The notes below the pieces were generated by a model. The model searched no databases. It saw only the letters and a program-made list of their open reading frames with translations, and was not told where the DNA came from. From a virus (Duplodnaviria > Caudoviricetes), in the IMG/VR virus record IMGVR_UViG_3300021133_000004, positions 1-59,960 of that record: DNA of 59,960 nt; one strand, 5' to 3'. This document shows, in pieces, positions 28,175 to 36,614 of this stretch. Position 1 is the first letter of the stretch. The number at the start of each line of letters is the position of its first letter. The translations under genes were made by a program, and so were the position numbers.

Positions 28175-28480
28175 ATGTCGGAAAATATTCCTAAGTGGAG
28201 TGATGTTAAATTGCCTAAGTCAAGTGCAATGGCGATAGACATCAATGGATGGAAGTCCCAAATCTTTCTTGAAACAGAAGAACTAAAATCACAAGAAATA
28301 ATTGTTAATGCTATCAAAGTGTTTTTGGCAGAAATAAAGGCCGCAATAAATCATTCAACAATGTTCAACGATGAGTTAGCAGAGTATTCCGAAGGTGTAG
28401 TTAAATTGTTTCCTGATATGAATGAATGGAAACGCAGGTCTGTGTTCCCTAAAGGAAAGCAAAGCTGGCGGGATGACTAA
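28175..28480 (+). CDS. Hypothetical protein, array ORF 2 (AT-rich)
   Basis: 101 aa with an AAGGA RBS. Confidence 0.55.
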   Translation: MSENIPKWSDVKLPKSSAMAIDINGWKSQIFLETEELKSQEIIVNAIKVFLAEIKAAINHSTMFNDELAEYSEGVVKLFPDMNEWKRRSVFPKGKQSWRDD

Positions 28481-28526
28481 GAGTAACTTGTGTGTTATCT
28501 AGTCCGGGCCGATAGCAGGCCGACAG

Positions 28527-28751
28527 ATGACAACGTATGGCTTTGGGAAAGACGCCCCGTTGGGTAACTCGACGGCTATTGATCTTGTGGAGCGCTTGGT
28601 CGCTGCGATAGATGCTCAGAGAGCGCTTGATGCCGCCAAGGCCGCAGTTCCAAACTACACGGCGCAGTGGAGCGAGAAAGATTATTACCAGAACGAACTG
28701 CACGACAGGAATTTGGCCGCTGCTGAATTGCTGGCGATGTTGAAACTCTAA
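28527..28751 (+). CDS. Hypothetical protein, array ORF 3
   Basis: 74 aa. Its stop lies in the junction motif. Confidence 0.6.
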   Translation: MTTYGFGKDAPLGNSTAIDLVERLVAAIDAQRALDAAKAAVPNYTAQWSEKDYYQNELHDRNLAAAELLAMLKL

Positions 28752-28767
28752 TAAGGGCCGATTGACA

Positions 28768-29154
28768 ATGAACCGCGCAGAAGCCGAGAAAACAATTGAC
28801 GACTATGAAGCGTTGACCGCGAAGGCTGTTGAAATTCTCAACGGAGAGGGACCGCCTTGGGGCTACGTTGGAAACGCCGAATGGGCCCATCTGACGTTCG
28901 ACGGTGATGATGCAGTAGTCAGTCACCCTGACGCTGGAACTTATTACGACAGCATTACAATCGACACTGATACCGAGAGGTTTCCTGCCGCGCTACTATT
29001 CATGCCGGACGCCGAACTGAAAGCATGGAAGGTGGCGGCAAGGAAGTCTTATGACGAAGAACAGGAGCGCGATAGGCTCGCAAGGATAGCGGCGACTGAT
29101 GCCGCAGAGCGAGCGACTTTTGAAGCTTTAAAGCGCAAGTTTGAAACTGTTTAA
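28768..29154 (+). CDS. Hypothetical protein, array ORF 4
   Basis: 128 aa with C-terminal AERATFEALKRKF. Its stop lies in the junction motif. Confidence 0.65.
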   Translation: MNRAEAEKTIDDYEALTAKAVEILNGEGPPWGYVGNAEWAHLTFDGDDAVVSHPDAGTYYDSITIDTDTERFPAALLFMPDAELKAWKVAARKSYDEEQERDRLARIAATDAAERATFEALKRKFETV

Positions 29155-29167
29155 AAAGGGCCGCAAA

Positions 29168-29479
29168 GTGACCGAACATGCCATAAACCCGATAGATGAA
29201 GCTGAGTACGAAAATCTGCCATGGCTACATGTATATCCGCAGTACGCTTATCACAGCGAACTCAAGATCATCGGCAATGCTGTGGCGCTTCTGCATCTTG
29301 CGGACGCCCTGCGCGCAGCGGCGGAAACCGGAGCGGGAAAATCGTCTGGCATTACCAGCGACGGCGAGGGATTCCCCATTGAAATCTTGCGTACCAACAC
29401 AACCGGGTTGCGTTATACCTCTCTGCCATACACCGCAGAATGGGCGCGCGATCTGAACACAAACCCAACTGAACAATAA
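29168..29479 (+). CDS. Hypothetical protein, array ORF 5
   Basis: GTG start directly after the motif. LHVYPQ...H...IIGN..AL..L and SDGEG motifs. Ends PTEQ*. Confidence 0.6.
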   Translation: MTEHAINPIDEAEYENLPWLHVYPQYAYHSELKIIGNAVALLHLADALRAAAETGAGKSSGITSDGEGFPIEILRTNTTGLRYTSLPYTAEWARDLNTNPTEQ

Positions 29480-29489
29480 AGGCCACAAG

Positions 29490-29660
29490 ATGACTTTCAT
29501 TGAAATGCTTTTGTCTTTCACGCCTACATTATCGGCAACAGTAGAGAAAGATTGCAGCATCATTCGCATAGAGTTTGGTGGCAAAGACGCCACCAAGCAG
29601 ATGAACGCTACATGGAACGCTCTGCATGATGAGATTGAAGCCGAAGCAAACGAACAATAA
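29490..29660 (+). CDS. Hypothetical protein, array ORF 6 (56 aa, not in the ORF track)
   Basis: MTFIEMLLSFTPTL...EAEANEQ* fills the space between two motif copies exactly. Confidence 0.6.
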   Translation: MTFIEMLLSFTPTLSATVEKDCSIIRIEFGGKDATKQMNATWNALHDEIEAEANEQ

Positions 29661-29670
29661 GGGCCACAAG

Positions 29671-29877
29671 ATGCTATTTGTCAGCCTCATTCGCGGATTG
29701 GTGTTCTACGTCGTGCTGTTGGCGCTCGGAACGGGGCTTGGCTGGCTGGTGCTGCCCTGGCGCTACGACATGTCTGTCGGGTCGCCTCACATGATGATGG
29801 CAATGATAGGCGGAGGTGTGACGCTGATCCTGGCTGTCGTTGTTGTTCTCTCATTCGCCACCACAAACATTCACTAA
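29671..29877 (+). CDS. Small two-TM membrane protein, array ORF 7
   Basis: MLFVSLIRGLVFY..., two hydrophobic helices, bounded by motif copies. Confidence 0.6.
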   Translation: MLFVSLIRGLVFYVVLLALGTGLGWLVLPWRYDMSVGSPHMMMAMIGGGVTLILAVVVVLSFATTNIH

Positions 29878-29888
29878 GGGCCAAGCAG

Positions 29889-30077
29889 ATGACCACACCA
29901 CGCGCCTGCAACACGCCCGAATGCGGCGAAGAAGCAACCGGCGATTTGTGCGACGGCTGCCGGGATAACCTGCTGGCGCCGGCAGAAGAAGCCATAGACG
30001 ACCCGATAGGTCGTGCCCTGGACAACGCCAGAGACAGGCACGAAGAAGAAAGCTTGTGGCAGGAGTTCGGTCAGTGA
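29889..30077 (+). CDS. Small Cys4 zinc-finger-like protein, array ORF 8
   Basis: CNTPEC...CDGC with an acidic tail. Confidence 0.55.
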   Translation: MTTPRACNTPECGEEATGDLCDGCRDNLLAPAEEAIDDPIGRALDNARDRHEEESLWQEFGQ

Positions 30078-30131
30078 GTGTCGTAAAAAGCAGCGATTGC
30101 CCACAATGACTATGCCGGATACAATTCTTAT

Positions 30132-30293
30132 GAGAGAGCGGCGCGGAAAGCAGACGCGCAAGATGCCGGGTAGCGACTGTAGCTCATCGGGGCGGCGAAA
30201 GCCGGAGAGCAGGTCGGCCAGTCTACGGTTCAACTCCGTAGGTCGTCCGGAACAAAGGCCGAAAGTGGGGGTCGCGTCCCACCTCTCTCACCA
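30132..30293 (+). ncRNA. Non-canonical tRNA-like RNA with a second tRNA-like fold in place of the anticodon arm
   Basis: Acceptor GAGAGAG/CTCTCTC followed by A-CCA. D arm GCGC-GGAAAGCAGAC-GCGC. T-like arm GTGGG-GGTCGCGT-CCCAC. Inner element 30173-30246 has TAGCTCA...GAGC and TACGG-TTCAACT-CCGTA. Confidence 0.65.
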
Positions 30294-30318
30294 CCTCCCA
30301 CAATAAAGCGAGCGCCTG

Positions 30319-30414
30319 ATGCCTGATTTCTGGACCGACGACCGTATAGCCACGCTGAAATAGATGCGCCAGAACGGTTGCAGTGCCACTCGCTCAACAT
30401 CTTCATCCGTGTAA
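30319..30414 (+). pseudogene. gcrA: GcrA-like N-terminal remnant with an in-frame TAG
   Basis: MPDFWTDDRIATLK*MRQNGCSA resembles the GcrA start (WTDERV..LK.LW..G.SA). Similarity ends near 30388. Confidence 0.55.
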
Positions 30415-30415
30415 G

Positions 30416-30679
30416 TCATTTTTCCTCCAGCGCGGCGTCGATCATTTTTTCCCACGCGGCCTTTGCCGCCATGTCGCCAATGGTTTTTGTCCCATACGGC
30501 TTGTAGTCCTTGTCAGCCAAATGGGCAGATGGGGAGACATCCCCCCCGGCCATATACATGGCACCCGTAGGCTCCCGCATGGCGGCAATGGCGGCGCGGG
30601 CTAGACTTTTGGGATTATAATAACCGGGTTCGTAAACGTCATTGATAGCCTTCGCCACCCGTTCGATCATGTTGGTCAT
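30416..30679 (-). CDS. Hypothetical phage protein
   Basis: MIERVAKAI...ARAAIAAMREPT..M...W..MIDAAL, a motif typical of alphaproteobacterial phages. Confidence 0.7.
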   Translation of the reverse strand: MTNMIERVAKAINDVYEPGYYNPKSLARAAIAAMREPTGAMYMAGGDVSPSAHLADKDYKPYGTKTIGDMAAKAAWEKMIDAALEEK

Positions 30680-31143
30680 ATCTTCGCTCCATACGCCGCG
30701 ATCAAAGCGGCATCGCTCCTGCCGTCGTCTTTTTTACGCTGAAACAATTCTGCCCGCGCCGGGAACATCTGCATCGCCCGCTCGCGCGATCCGTCCTTGC
30801 CATCACGCACCTGCATGGCCTTCTGCCAAGTTTGCGGCGTGATGATGGTGACAGGAATATTGAATGCCGCCAGCACACCTTCCAGGATGCCGGTAGAACG
30901 CCCAAACGAAAACACACTGGTCACGCCCTGACCCGGCATCGCATTCACGCGCTCCAAGTAAGCGTGTGAGACCTGCCTTCCTGCCACGATCGTGCTTACT
31001 CCGCTGGCGCAGACTTCGCGCTTGGATTTCTTGTTCCTCACAACATCCACCGTGGGCATGTCGTAAACCACCAAAGTCTTTTCGATGGTGTTATAGAACG
31101 CAAACGCGCCGTTCAGGCCGGGATCTATTCCTAGAATTATCAT
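30676..31143 (-). CDS. ruvC: RuvC-like Holliday junction resolvase
   Basis: ILGIDPG, YLERV..MPGQGV.S.FSFG, PQTWQK and DGRSDAALIA motifs. Confidence 0.85.
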   Translation of the reverse strand: MIILGIDPGLNGAFAFYNTIEKTLVVYDMPTVDVVRNKKSKREVCASGVSTIVAGRQVSHAYLERVNAMPGQGVTSVFSFGRSTGILEGVLAAFNIPVTIITPQTWQKAMQVRDGKDGSRERAMQMFPARAELFQRKKDDGRSDAALIAAYGAKI

Positions 31144-31445
31144 TTCTGACATTCCCTGATGCAAGCGGCATAGCCGGCGATATCAATCGCCGAATCCTGA
31201 TGATCTGGCGTTTCCATAAGCCGGGCAAGCTTTAAAGCAGTCATGCACATCGCCACCTGAACCGGCGTGACCGGATGCTCCAGCAGCGTAGACCACAACG
31301 CCGCGATGCGCTCATGGTTTTTCAGGATTGGGCCATAGTGCCGGCCGCGCTCCGCTATCGTTCCAAAAGCGTCCAAGAGCATTGACGCACCCGGTTTCAA
31401 TTCCTCATGCACCCCGTGATGGTGCGACACCGCCATCTTTTTCAT
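31140..31445 (-). CDS. DUF6378-like protein
   Basis: ERG..YG, RIA.LWS, K.AR and DS..DIAGYA motifs. Confidence 0.75.
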   Translation of the reverse strand: MKKMAVSHHHGVHEELKPGASMLLDAFGTIAERGRHYGPILKNHERIAALWSTLLEHPVTPVQVAMCMTALKLARLMETPDHQDSAIDIAGYAACIRECQK

Positions 31446-32700
31446 GGCCGCGCCTTGCGGGATAAAGCGGCAAGGAAGCAAAGCCCCTGCGATGCCATTT
31501 CGGATTCGGTCTGCCGGGCATGTGCTATGCCCATTTCATAACCGTTCCTGTACGCCTGGCCAACATCAAGGGCGCGGGCATTCAGGTTATGTACGAACAA
31601 CGCTCCCGCCAGACAAAAGCCTATGCCGGCACCAAATAACAATCTGATCATCACTTTTCCTTCCGGCCCTCTAGCAGAGCGCGTTCCATTAGCCGGTAAA
31701 TCAGCGCGCGTTCTGGCCCGCTAAATCCGGTCCACATGGTATCACTGATTTCTTCGGCCGCAATCTTGTTGACCAGCAGCCATTGCCGCTCATTTTCCAG
31801 ATTGGATTTAATTCCCCAGAACATTGAATATATCCTGACCGCCTGCGAAGCGTTTCAATTGTTTTTCCATACTAGATACCTTCCTGCCGAAAGGTTCATT
31901 CTTGCTCTTATGCAGCGTCAAGGCATATGTCGCGCCGTCTTCGCGCTGGAATACAAGCTTGTAGTGCTTGCTTCGATCTTCCAGCCCTAGGCATTTCAGC
32001 CCGTGCCTTTCGCCAAAACTTCGCAACTCCCTTTCGATCTTCATTTTATTCCGGCCTTCTTATTCCATTCATCGCGCGTTGGCGTGTAATGATAGATGGC
32101 ATGCAACAGGTTATCTATGTCACCACGCACCACTTCGCTCATGCACTGCACATCTTGCAACCTCGAAACAAAGTGGAGCATTTCAGTGTAAAATATTTCC
32201 TGCGCGCGTTCTTCCCGCAGCCGCTGGTAACGGTCTATCTCAGGTTCCGGCTCGCAGCCTGGAAAATATTCAATTGATCCCATGATCACCGCTCCGCGCG
32301 AAACAGCACCGCTTTAACGTGCAGCTTTGCATTCGCCAGCCGGTGTTTGTTCTCTTCCGTCTCCGGTACACCCATCCATGCATAGGCCTCGGACAATGCA
32401 ACGGCCAGCCAATGGCAATCGATGCAACCCTCGGGTTCCGGTTCATCCATCATCTTACTTAGCATTGCACAATCCTTTCGCAGCCTTCAGCACGTTTCGC
32501 GCCTGTGTCAGTGTTTCGTTGAAATAGGTTTCATACTCATGCCCATAGAAATCGCGCGGATCGCATTCCACCGCCGCCAGCATTTCATCCAGCGCCTTGT
32601 AAAGGTCCGCCGCCTGGCGCTCCAGAACGTAGGCATACTTATTCAAATTATGAATATCCATTTCGTAAGTCTCCACGATGTTATCGAATGCACTGATCAT
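31442..32700 (-). other. Run of small hypothetical genes (31442-31654, 31808-32044, 32041-32289, 32455-32700)
   Basis: Short, co-oriented, mostly coupled ORFs with no recognisable domain. Confidence 0.5.
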
Positions 32701-32701
32701 T

Positions 32702-33283
32702 TTACTTTCCCCATTGTTCGGCCATCGCTTCTGCAATGCCGGTAAATGTTGTTGACCTGATTTTCCACCTGTCTTCGCTGGGCGGCAAATTGTACCATTT
32801 GGGCAAGCTGCGGCCGCTCTTCGTAATGTGCCGCTCCCCCTTGCCAACGACATTGGTCGGCACAAGATGCGGCAAGTTTTTCAACCAAAGGCACGTTGTC
32901 TTTGTCGCCTCCTGCCCGAACATCCACGGTTGAATAATCTGGTCGGGCTTCCTGATCCTGCTGCTGATAATGCTGACAGGATTTTCCAGCGCAATGCGCG
33001 GAATAGGTTCATCAAGTAATGCGCGCACAAAATCTAGTGCTTCCTCTTGTTGCTGCTTTTTATCTTTAAACCAGCGCGCGCCGCTTACAGCCAGATGGGT
33101 GCAAGGCGGGTGGCATATCATCATGTCCCAGCCCTGATTTAGAAGCGGCAGGACATCGCCCTGAATATGGTTTGGGCTTCCATCATCGGCCGGCAGCAAA
33201 TCGCACGACCAAACGTCATGGCCCCTCGCGGCAAATGCGCGCCGCGAGGTTCCAGAATATTCGCATGCAATCAAGATACGCAT
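32702..33283 (-). CDS. Short phage C5 cytosine methyltransferase-like protein
   Basis: ILIACEYSG, WSCDL, HPPCT (catalytic PC), ENP, QPW.FG...K.TCLW and RS.TF.GIA.AMA.QW motifs. Confidence 0.8.
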   Translation of the reverse strand: MRILIACEYSGTSRRAFAARGHDVWSCDLLPADDGSPNHIQGDVLPLLNQGWDMMICHPPCTHLAVSGARWFKDKKQQQEEALDFVRALLDEPIPRIALENPVSIISSRIRKPDQIIQPWMFGQEATKTTCLWLKNLPHLVPTNVVGKGERHITKSGRSLPKWYNLPPSEDRWKIRSTTFTGIAEAMAEQWGK

Positions 33284-33600
33284 TAGCGGCACGCCATCGC
33301 TTCGTCGTGCAGCCGGTAACGCGCGATTTCGATCTCTTCGCGCACAAGGTCCACCACAATCGGATCATGGCCGCCGATGTTCCAAGTCCGCACCTGATAG
33401 AGCGGCTCGCTGCGCTTCCAGTCATAAACTGTTGCGATGGTGCCGCCGAAATCGATCACCCAGTTCGCGCGCGTCTTGCCATCATGTCCGCGCTGGGCGA
33501 TGCCGAATGCTTCGCGCACCTCTTCGTAAGTGGCTCGAACGTATCCCTTCAAGCTGGTGCCGTTGGCGGCATCAAAAGTATCTTTGACTTCAAAATGCAT
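33283..33600 (-). CDS. Hypothetical phage protein
   Basis: GTSLKG...ATY..., DGKT..NW, ATVYDWK and WNIGG motifs. Confidence 0.65.
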   Translation of the reverse strand: MHFEVKDTFDAANGTSLKGYVRATYEEVREAFGIAQRGHDGKTRANWVIDFGGTIATVYDWKRSEPLYQVRTWNIGGHDPIVVDLVREEIEIARYRLHDEAMACR

Positions 33601-33898
33601 AGTTATTACCTTTCCATTAATAAATCGATTTGCGGACACTACGCACAATGCGAAGAGCGCGCAAGAGGGTCCAGGCGGGCGCCAGGCGGCACCTGTCCGG
33701 GGGTGAAAAAACAAGGAAACAAGGGCGCGGGCCTGACCGCGCCCCTGTCAGGTCATGCCGCGCTATACAATTTCAGTGGCGATTGTATACTTGACTACAC
33801 GGAGAAAAAGATGAATAAAATCAACGGACAGGCCGACACTCCCGCTGATTCGCGCAAGAAATTCGCCAAGGCGATTTCTGGAAACGAGGAACGAAAAC

Positions 33899-34648
33899 CT
33901 ATTTCTGCGCCATCTTTGCCTTGGCCGCCGCAATCCGTGCGTCACGCCGCTGCCGTTTTGAAAGCTGAGTTTTGCCCTCTAGTGGACCGCGCCGTGCTTT
34001 CATCTGCTGGCGCTTCAGTTGCTGCTGCTGACGACGATCATTTTGGGAACGGGATAGCGGGACAGATCCGCGCGCAAAGGATTTCAGCCGTGGCATTTGC
34101 GGCCATCCTTGAGGCGATTTGTCCGACAGTGCCTGCAAAGCAAATTCGCCGTAGTAAAAAAGCACAGTGAGGTCTCCCAATAGGTGCCGGTGAAACTGGC
34201 GTATCTTGGGATTTCGCATTCTCTCGGCGCTTTGTGGTTTGCTTTTAACGGGGTCAACCACAAGGTTCACAACGTTGAATAACAGATTGATGGCGTGAGA
34301 CATTGGAGTATGGGCGATGTCGTTCCTATTGGGCGCGTGTGCGGCCATGACCGCCATAATCCATTCCAATGCCTCTGCTGACTTAGGATTTGCGCGGTCG
34401 CAATTCTCTAGAACTGCTTGGAGCATGTCACGCTGACCTGCATCGGACGCGATGGAATGCCAGATGGCGCGTCCCAGCCCTAGATCATCTGGCGTGGCGA
34501 GCCTGCAAAACGCTTCCCCTAAAATTCCATGGAGGCGATTCCATGCCCAGATCAAAGTTCCAACGTTTGTGTTATAACCCTTCACCAGTTTGGTGATCAT
34601 CGGGTGGAAACGCCGCGATAAGACCGCTTTACGCTTGGAGCCTGCCAT
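33899..34648 (-). CDS. IS passenger, helical hypothetical protein (possible HEPN-like Rx4H)
   Basis: Contains RNDIAH. The start may be 34600. Confidence 0.55.
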   Translation of the reverse strand: MAGSKRKAVLSRRFHPMITKLVKGYNTNVGTLIWAWNRLHGILGEAFCRLATPDDLGLGRAIWHSIASDAGQRDMLQAVLENCDRANPKSAEALEWIMAVMAAHAPNRNDIAHTPMSHAINLLFNVVNLVVDPVKSKPQSAERMRNPKIRQFHRHLLGDLTVLFYYGEFALQALSDKSPQGWPQMPRLKSFARGSVPLSRSQNDRRQQQQLKRQQMKARRGPLEGKTQLSKRQRRDARIAAAKAKMAQK

Positions 34649-34811
34649 GACGAAATCTCCCGATCCGACAAAAGACCCGGAATTTCAGGGTGTCATTCAA
34701 CACTTCCTGAAAACACCGCCTAAGCCCTTCACGCCGCCCGTGAAGGCAAAGAAAGGTAAGGCGAGTCCCAAGCCTGCCAAAGCCCGGATTCAGCGCCATC
34801 AGGGCCGCTAG
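34647..34811 (+). CDS. IS passenger, small basic protein
   Basis: MTKSPDPTKDPEF...FLKTPPKP with a GGAG RBS. Confidence 0.5.
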   Translation: MTKSPDPTKDPEFQGVIQHFLKTPPKPFTPPVKAKKGKASPKPAKARIQRHQGR

Positions 34812-34860
34812 CGCGACCGAGAGTTAAGGCGTAGGCTTGGCCTTTAACGGGGAGGCTTAC

Positions 34861-35211
34861 ATGATTAAGCGCACCGCCATTTTTATCCTCTTAGCCGCCA
34901 TCGGGGCTGCATCCGCCCAGACCATTTATCAAGGCGCTGGCACCTATTCCACTTATGGCAATCAGACTTATGGGCCGGGTGGAACGCAACAGACATATGG
35001 CCAGCAGACATATACACCGGGCGGCACATATTCGACGTACGGAAATCAGACGTACGGCCCAAACGGTCAGACCTTTTCCACTTACGGAAACACGACATAC
35101 GGAACCAATGGCACAACATCGCAGACGTTCGGAAATCAGACCTACATTTATGGTCCGAACGGCGAAAACCACACCTGCTCGCACTACGGTAATCAGACCT
35201 ACTGTAACTGA
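34861..35211 (+). CDS. IS passenger, secreted protein made of TYGNQTYGP-type repeats
   Basis: Signal peptide ending ASA-Q, about 6 repeats, two C-terminal Cys. Confidence 0.7.
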   Translation: MIKRTAIFILLAAIGAASAQTIYQGAGTYSTYGNQTYGPGGTQQTYGQQTYTPGGTYSTYGNQTYGPNGQTFSTYGNTTYGTNGTTSQTFGNQTYIYGPNGENHTCSHYGNQTYCN

Positions 35212-35217
35212 TGCACA

Positions 35218-35505
35218 ATGTTCACGTTTAACGGGATAGGAACCCGGCTCTATGGGCACGCGGTACAACCTGATGGCAGCTACATTGCTACCAAATGGGC
35301 GGTGATATTATTCGTCCCAATCTTCCCGCTGGAATCTCATCGCGTCATTATCAAGGAACCAACTTACGGGACTCCGTTGATCAATAGCACCACGTCTTAT
35401 TTTTCGCAGGCCATTCCGCTTGATCATGGTCAAGTGCTTCGGACCTACGCAGTAACAGCGGCAATCATCGGTGGACTCGCTTGGGTAATTGCGAATAGCC
35501 ACTGA
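35218..35505 (+). CDS. IS passenger, small membrane protein
   Basis: NGIGTRLYG...TKW..ILFVPIFPL motif and a C-terminal TM segment. Confidence 0.65.
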   Translation: MFTFNGIGTRLYGHAVQPDGSYIATKWAVILFVPIFPLESHRVIIKEPTYGTPLINSTTSYFSQAIPLDHGQVLRTYAVTAAIIGGLAWVIANSH

Positions 35506-35614
35506 CTAATATCAGTGCTTTCGCCAAGCCTTCTTCCCCCAAAACACACGCTTACGCTTGGCAACGGGATGGCCCTTCGCCTTGCGCCAACGGATGAATG
35601 CTGCGGCTTGCTGC

Positions 35615-36568
35615 TTAAGCGTTAGCGGCTTTACTAGTCCGCCGATAAGTCAGGCGCTTTCCGGCGATGCCAGCAAGAGCCTTTTCGGCGCGCATCGCAT
35701 CATCAATGCCGAACGCGGATCGGGTGTTAGCGCGAAAATCAAACTCAGCAAGGTAGCGGTCAAGATGCTGTTCGCCACAATGTTGATACGTCCCAACCAT
35801 GCCGCGCTTAAACACGCTGAAAAATCCTTCCAACGTATTAGTGTGAACCTTGCGGCCAGCCTTACCTTCGCGGACGTATTCCTTGTTGTGGTCAACCGCT
35901 TCATGGATGCGGACGAGGCCGGTACGGGTATAAAGACCCGAACCATCCGTATGCAGGATGCTAGCGGGATGAACGTTAGCGGCGAGAATGTCTTTGATGG
36001 TGATCTTGGTGGCGTCTTTGACGCGCTTGGAGCGAACCTTGCCGTCACGTTCCACAAGGCTAACAATCTTCATCTTGTGGCCCATGCCGCCCCAAGGCTT
36101 CCTGCCGCGCTGGTTGTCGGCCTTACCGATGTAAGTTTCATCGGCTTCAACAATTTTGCCTTCGCCGCCAAGCGGGCCAGCATCGGTACCCGTGGGCTTC
36201 ATGCCTTCGCGGATACGGTGGGCCATGAACCAAGCGGTTTTGTAAGTGACGCCCAACATGCGGCTTAGCTGGTGGCTGGAAATGCCTTTCTTGGACGAGC
36301 AAAGCAGGTGAGTGGCAAACAGCCACTTGCTGATCGGAACATGGCTGCGCTCGTACAGGGTGCCAACGCGGACGGTGAACTTCTTGCGGCAGTCGCCACA
36401 GTGGTACCAGCCAGCCCCCAGCGCGCCCGTGGCGGCCAGGGCCTTGGCTTCCCCAATCTGGCCGCAGAACGGGCAAATGACCCCATCCGGCCAGCGCTGG
36501 GCTTCCAGATAGGCGCGGGCCTTATCTTCGTCTTGAAAGAGGGGGTTTTGAGCGGTTCCAGCGGCCAT
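35615..36568 (-). CDS. IS1595-family (ISXO2-like) DDE transposase
   Basis: RWPDG..CP.C zinc ribbon, YKTAW..HRIR, VEADETY, HTD, HTNT.EG and YL.EF.FR.N motifs. Confidence 0.96.
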   Translation of the reverse strand: MAAGTAQNPLFQDEDKARAYLEAQRWPDGVICPFCGQIGEAKALAATGALGAGWYHCGDCRKKFTVRVGTLYERSHVPISKWLFATHLLCSSKKGISSHQLSRMLGVTYKTAWFMAHRIREGMKPTGTDAGPLGGEGKIVEADETYIGKADNQRGRKPWGGMGHKMKIVSLVERDGKVRSKRVKDATKITIKDILAANVHPASILHTDGSGLYTRTGLVRIHEAVDHNKEYVREGKAGRKVHTNTLEGFFSVFKRGMVGTYQHCGEQHLDRYLAEFDFRANTRSAFGIDDAMRAEKALAGIAGKRLTYRRTSKAANA

Positions 36569-36614
36569 GACTATTCTCCTATGGGCTGGAATATAGGCGA
36601 ATCGGCCTGTGTAG

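Larger units (their letters stand above)
27683..29891 (+). repeat. Conserved gene-junction motif, consensus ~AAC(TGAAC)AATAAGGGCC(ACAAG)ATG, 7-8 copies
   Basis: Copies at ~27683, 28125, 28505 (weak), 28744, 29145, 29466, 29648 and 29866. Confidence 0.8.

Noticed and set aside
27083-30077. Classical integron or active invertase shufflon
   Set aside because: No tyrosine integrase, no attC-type hairpins, all motif copies are in direct orientation, and the resolvase homolog lacks its catalytic Ser.
30132-30293. Functional decoding tRNA
   Set aside because: Neither fold has a canonical anticodon stem-loop. The outer fold has C8 and an 8-nt T loop.
30361-30363. Stop-codon reassignment suggested by the in-frame TAG in the GcrA-like remnant
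   Set aside because: Core genes are intact under the standard code and several end in TAG. This is a single pseudogene lesion.
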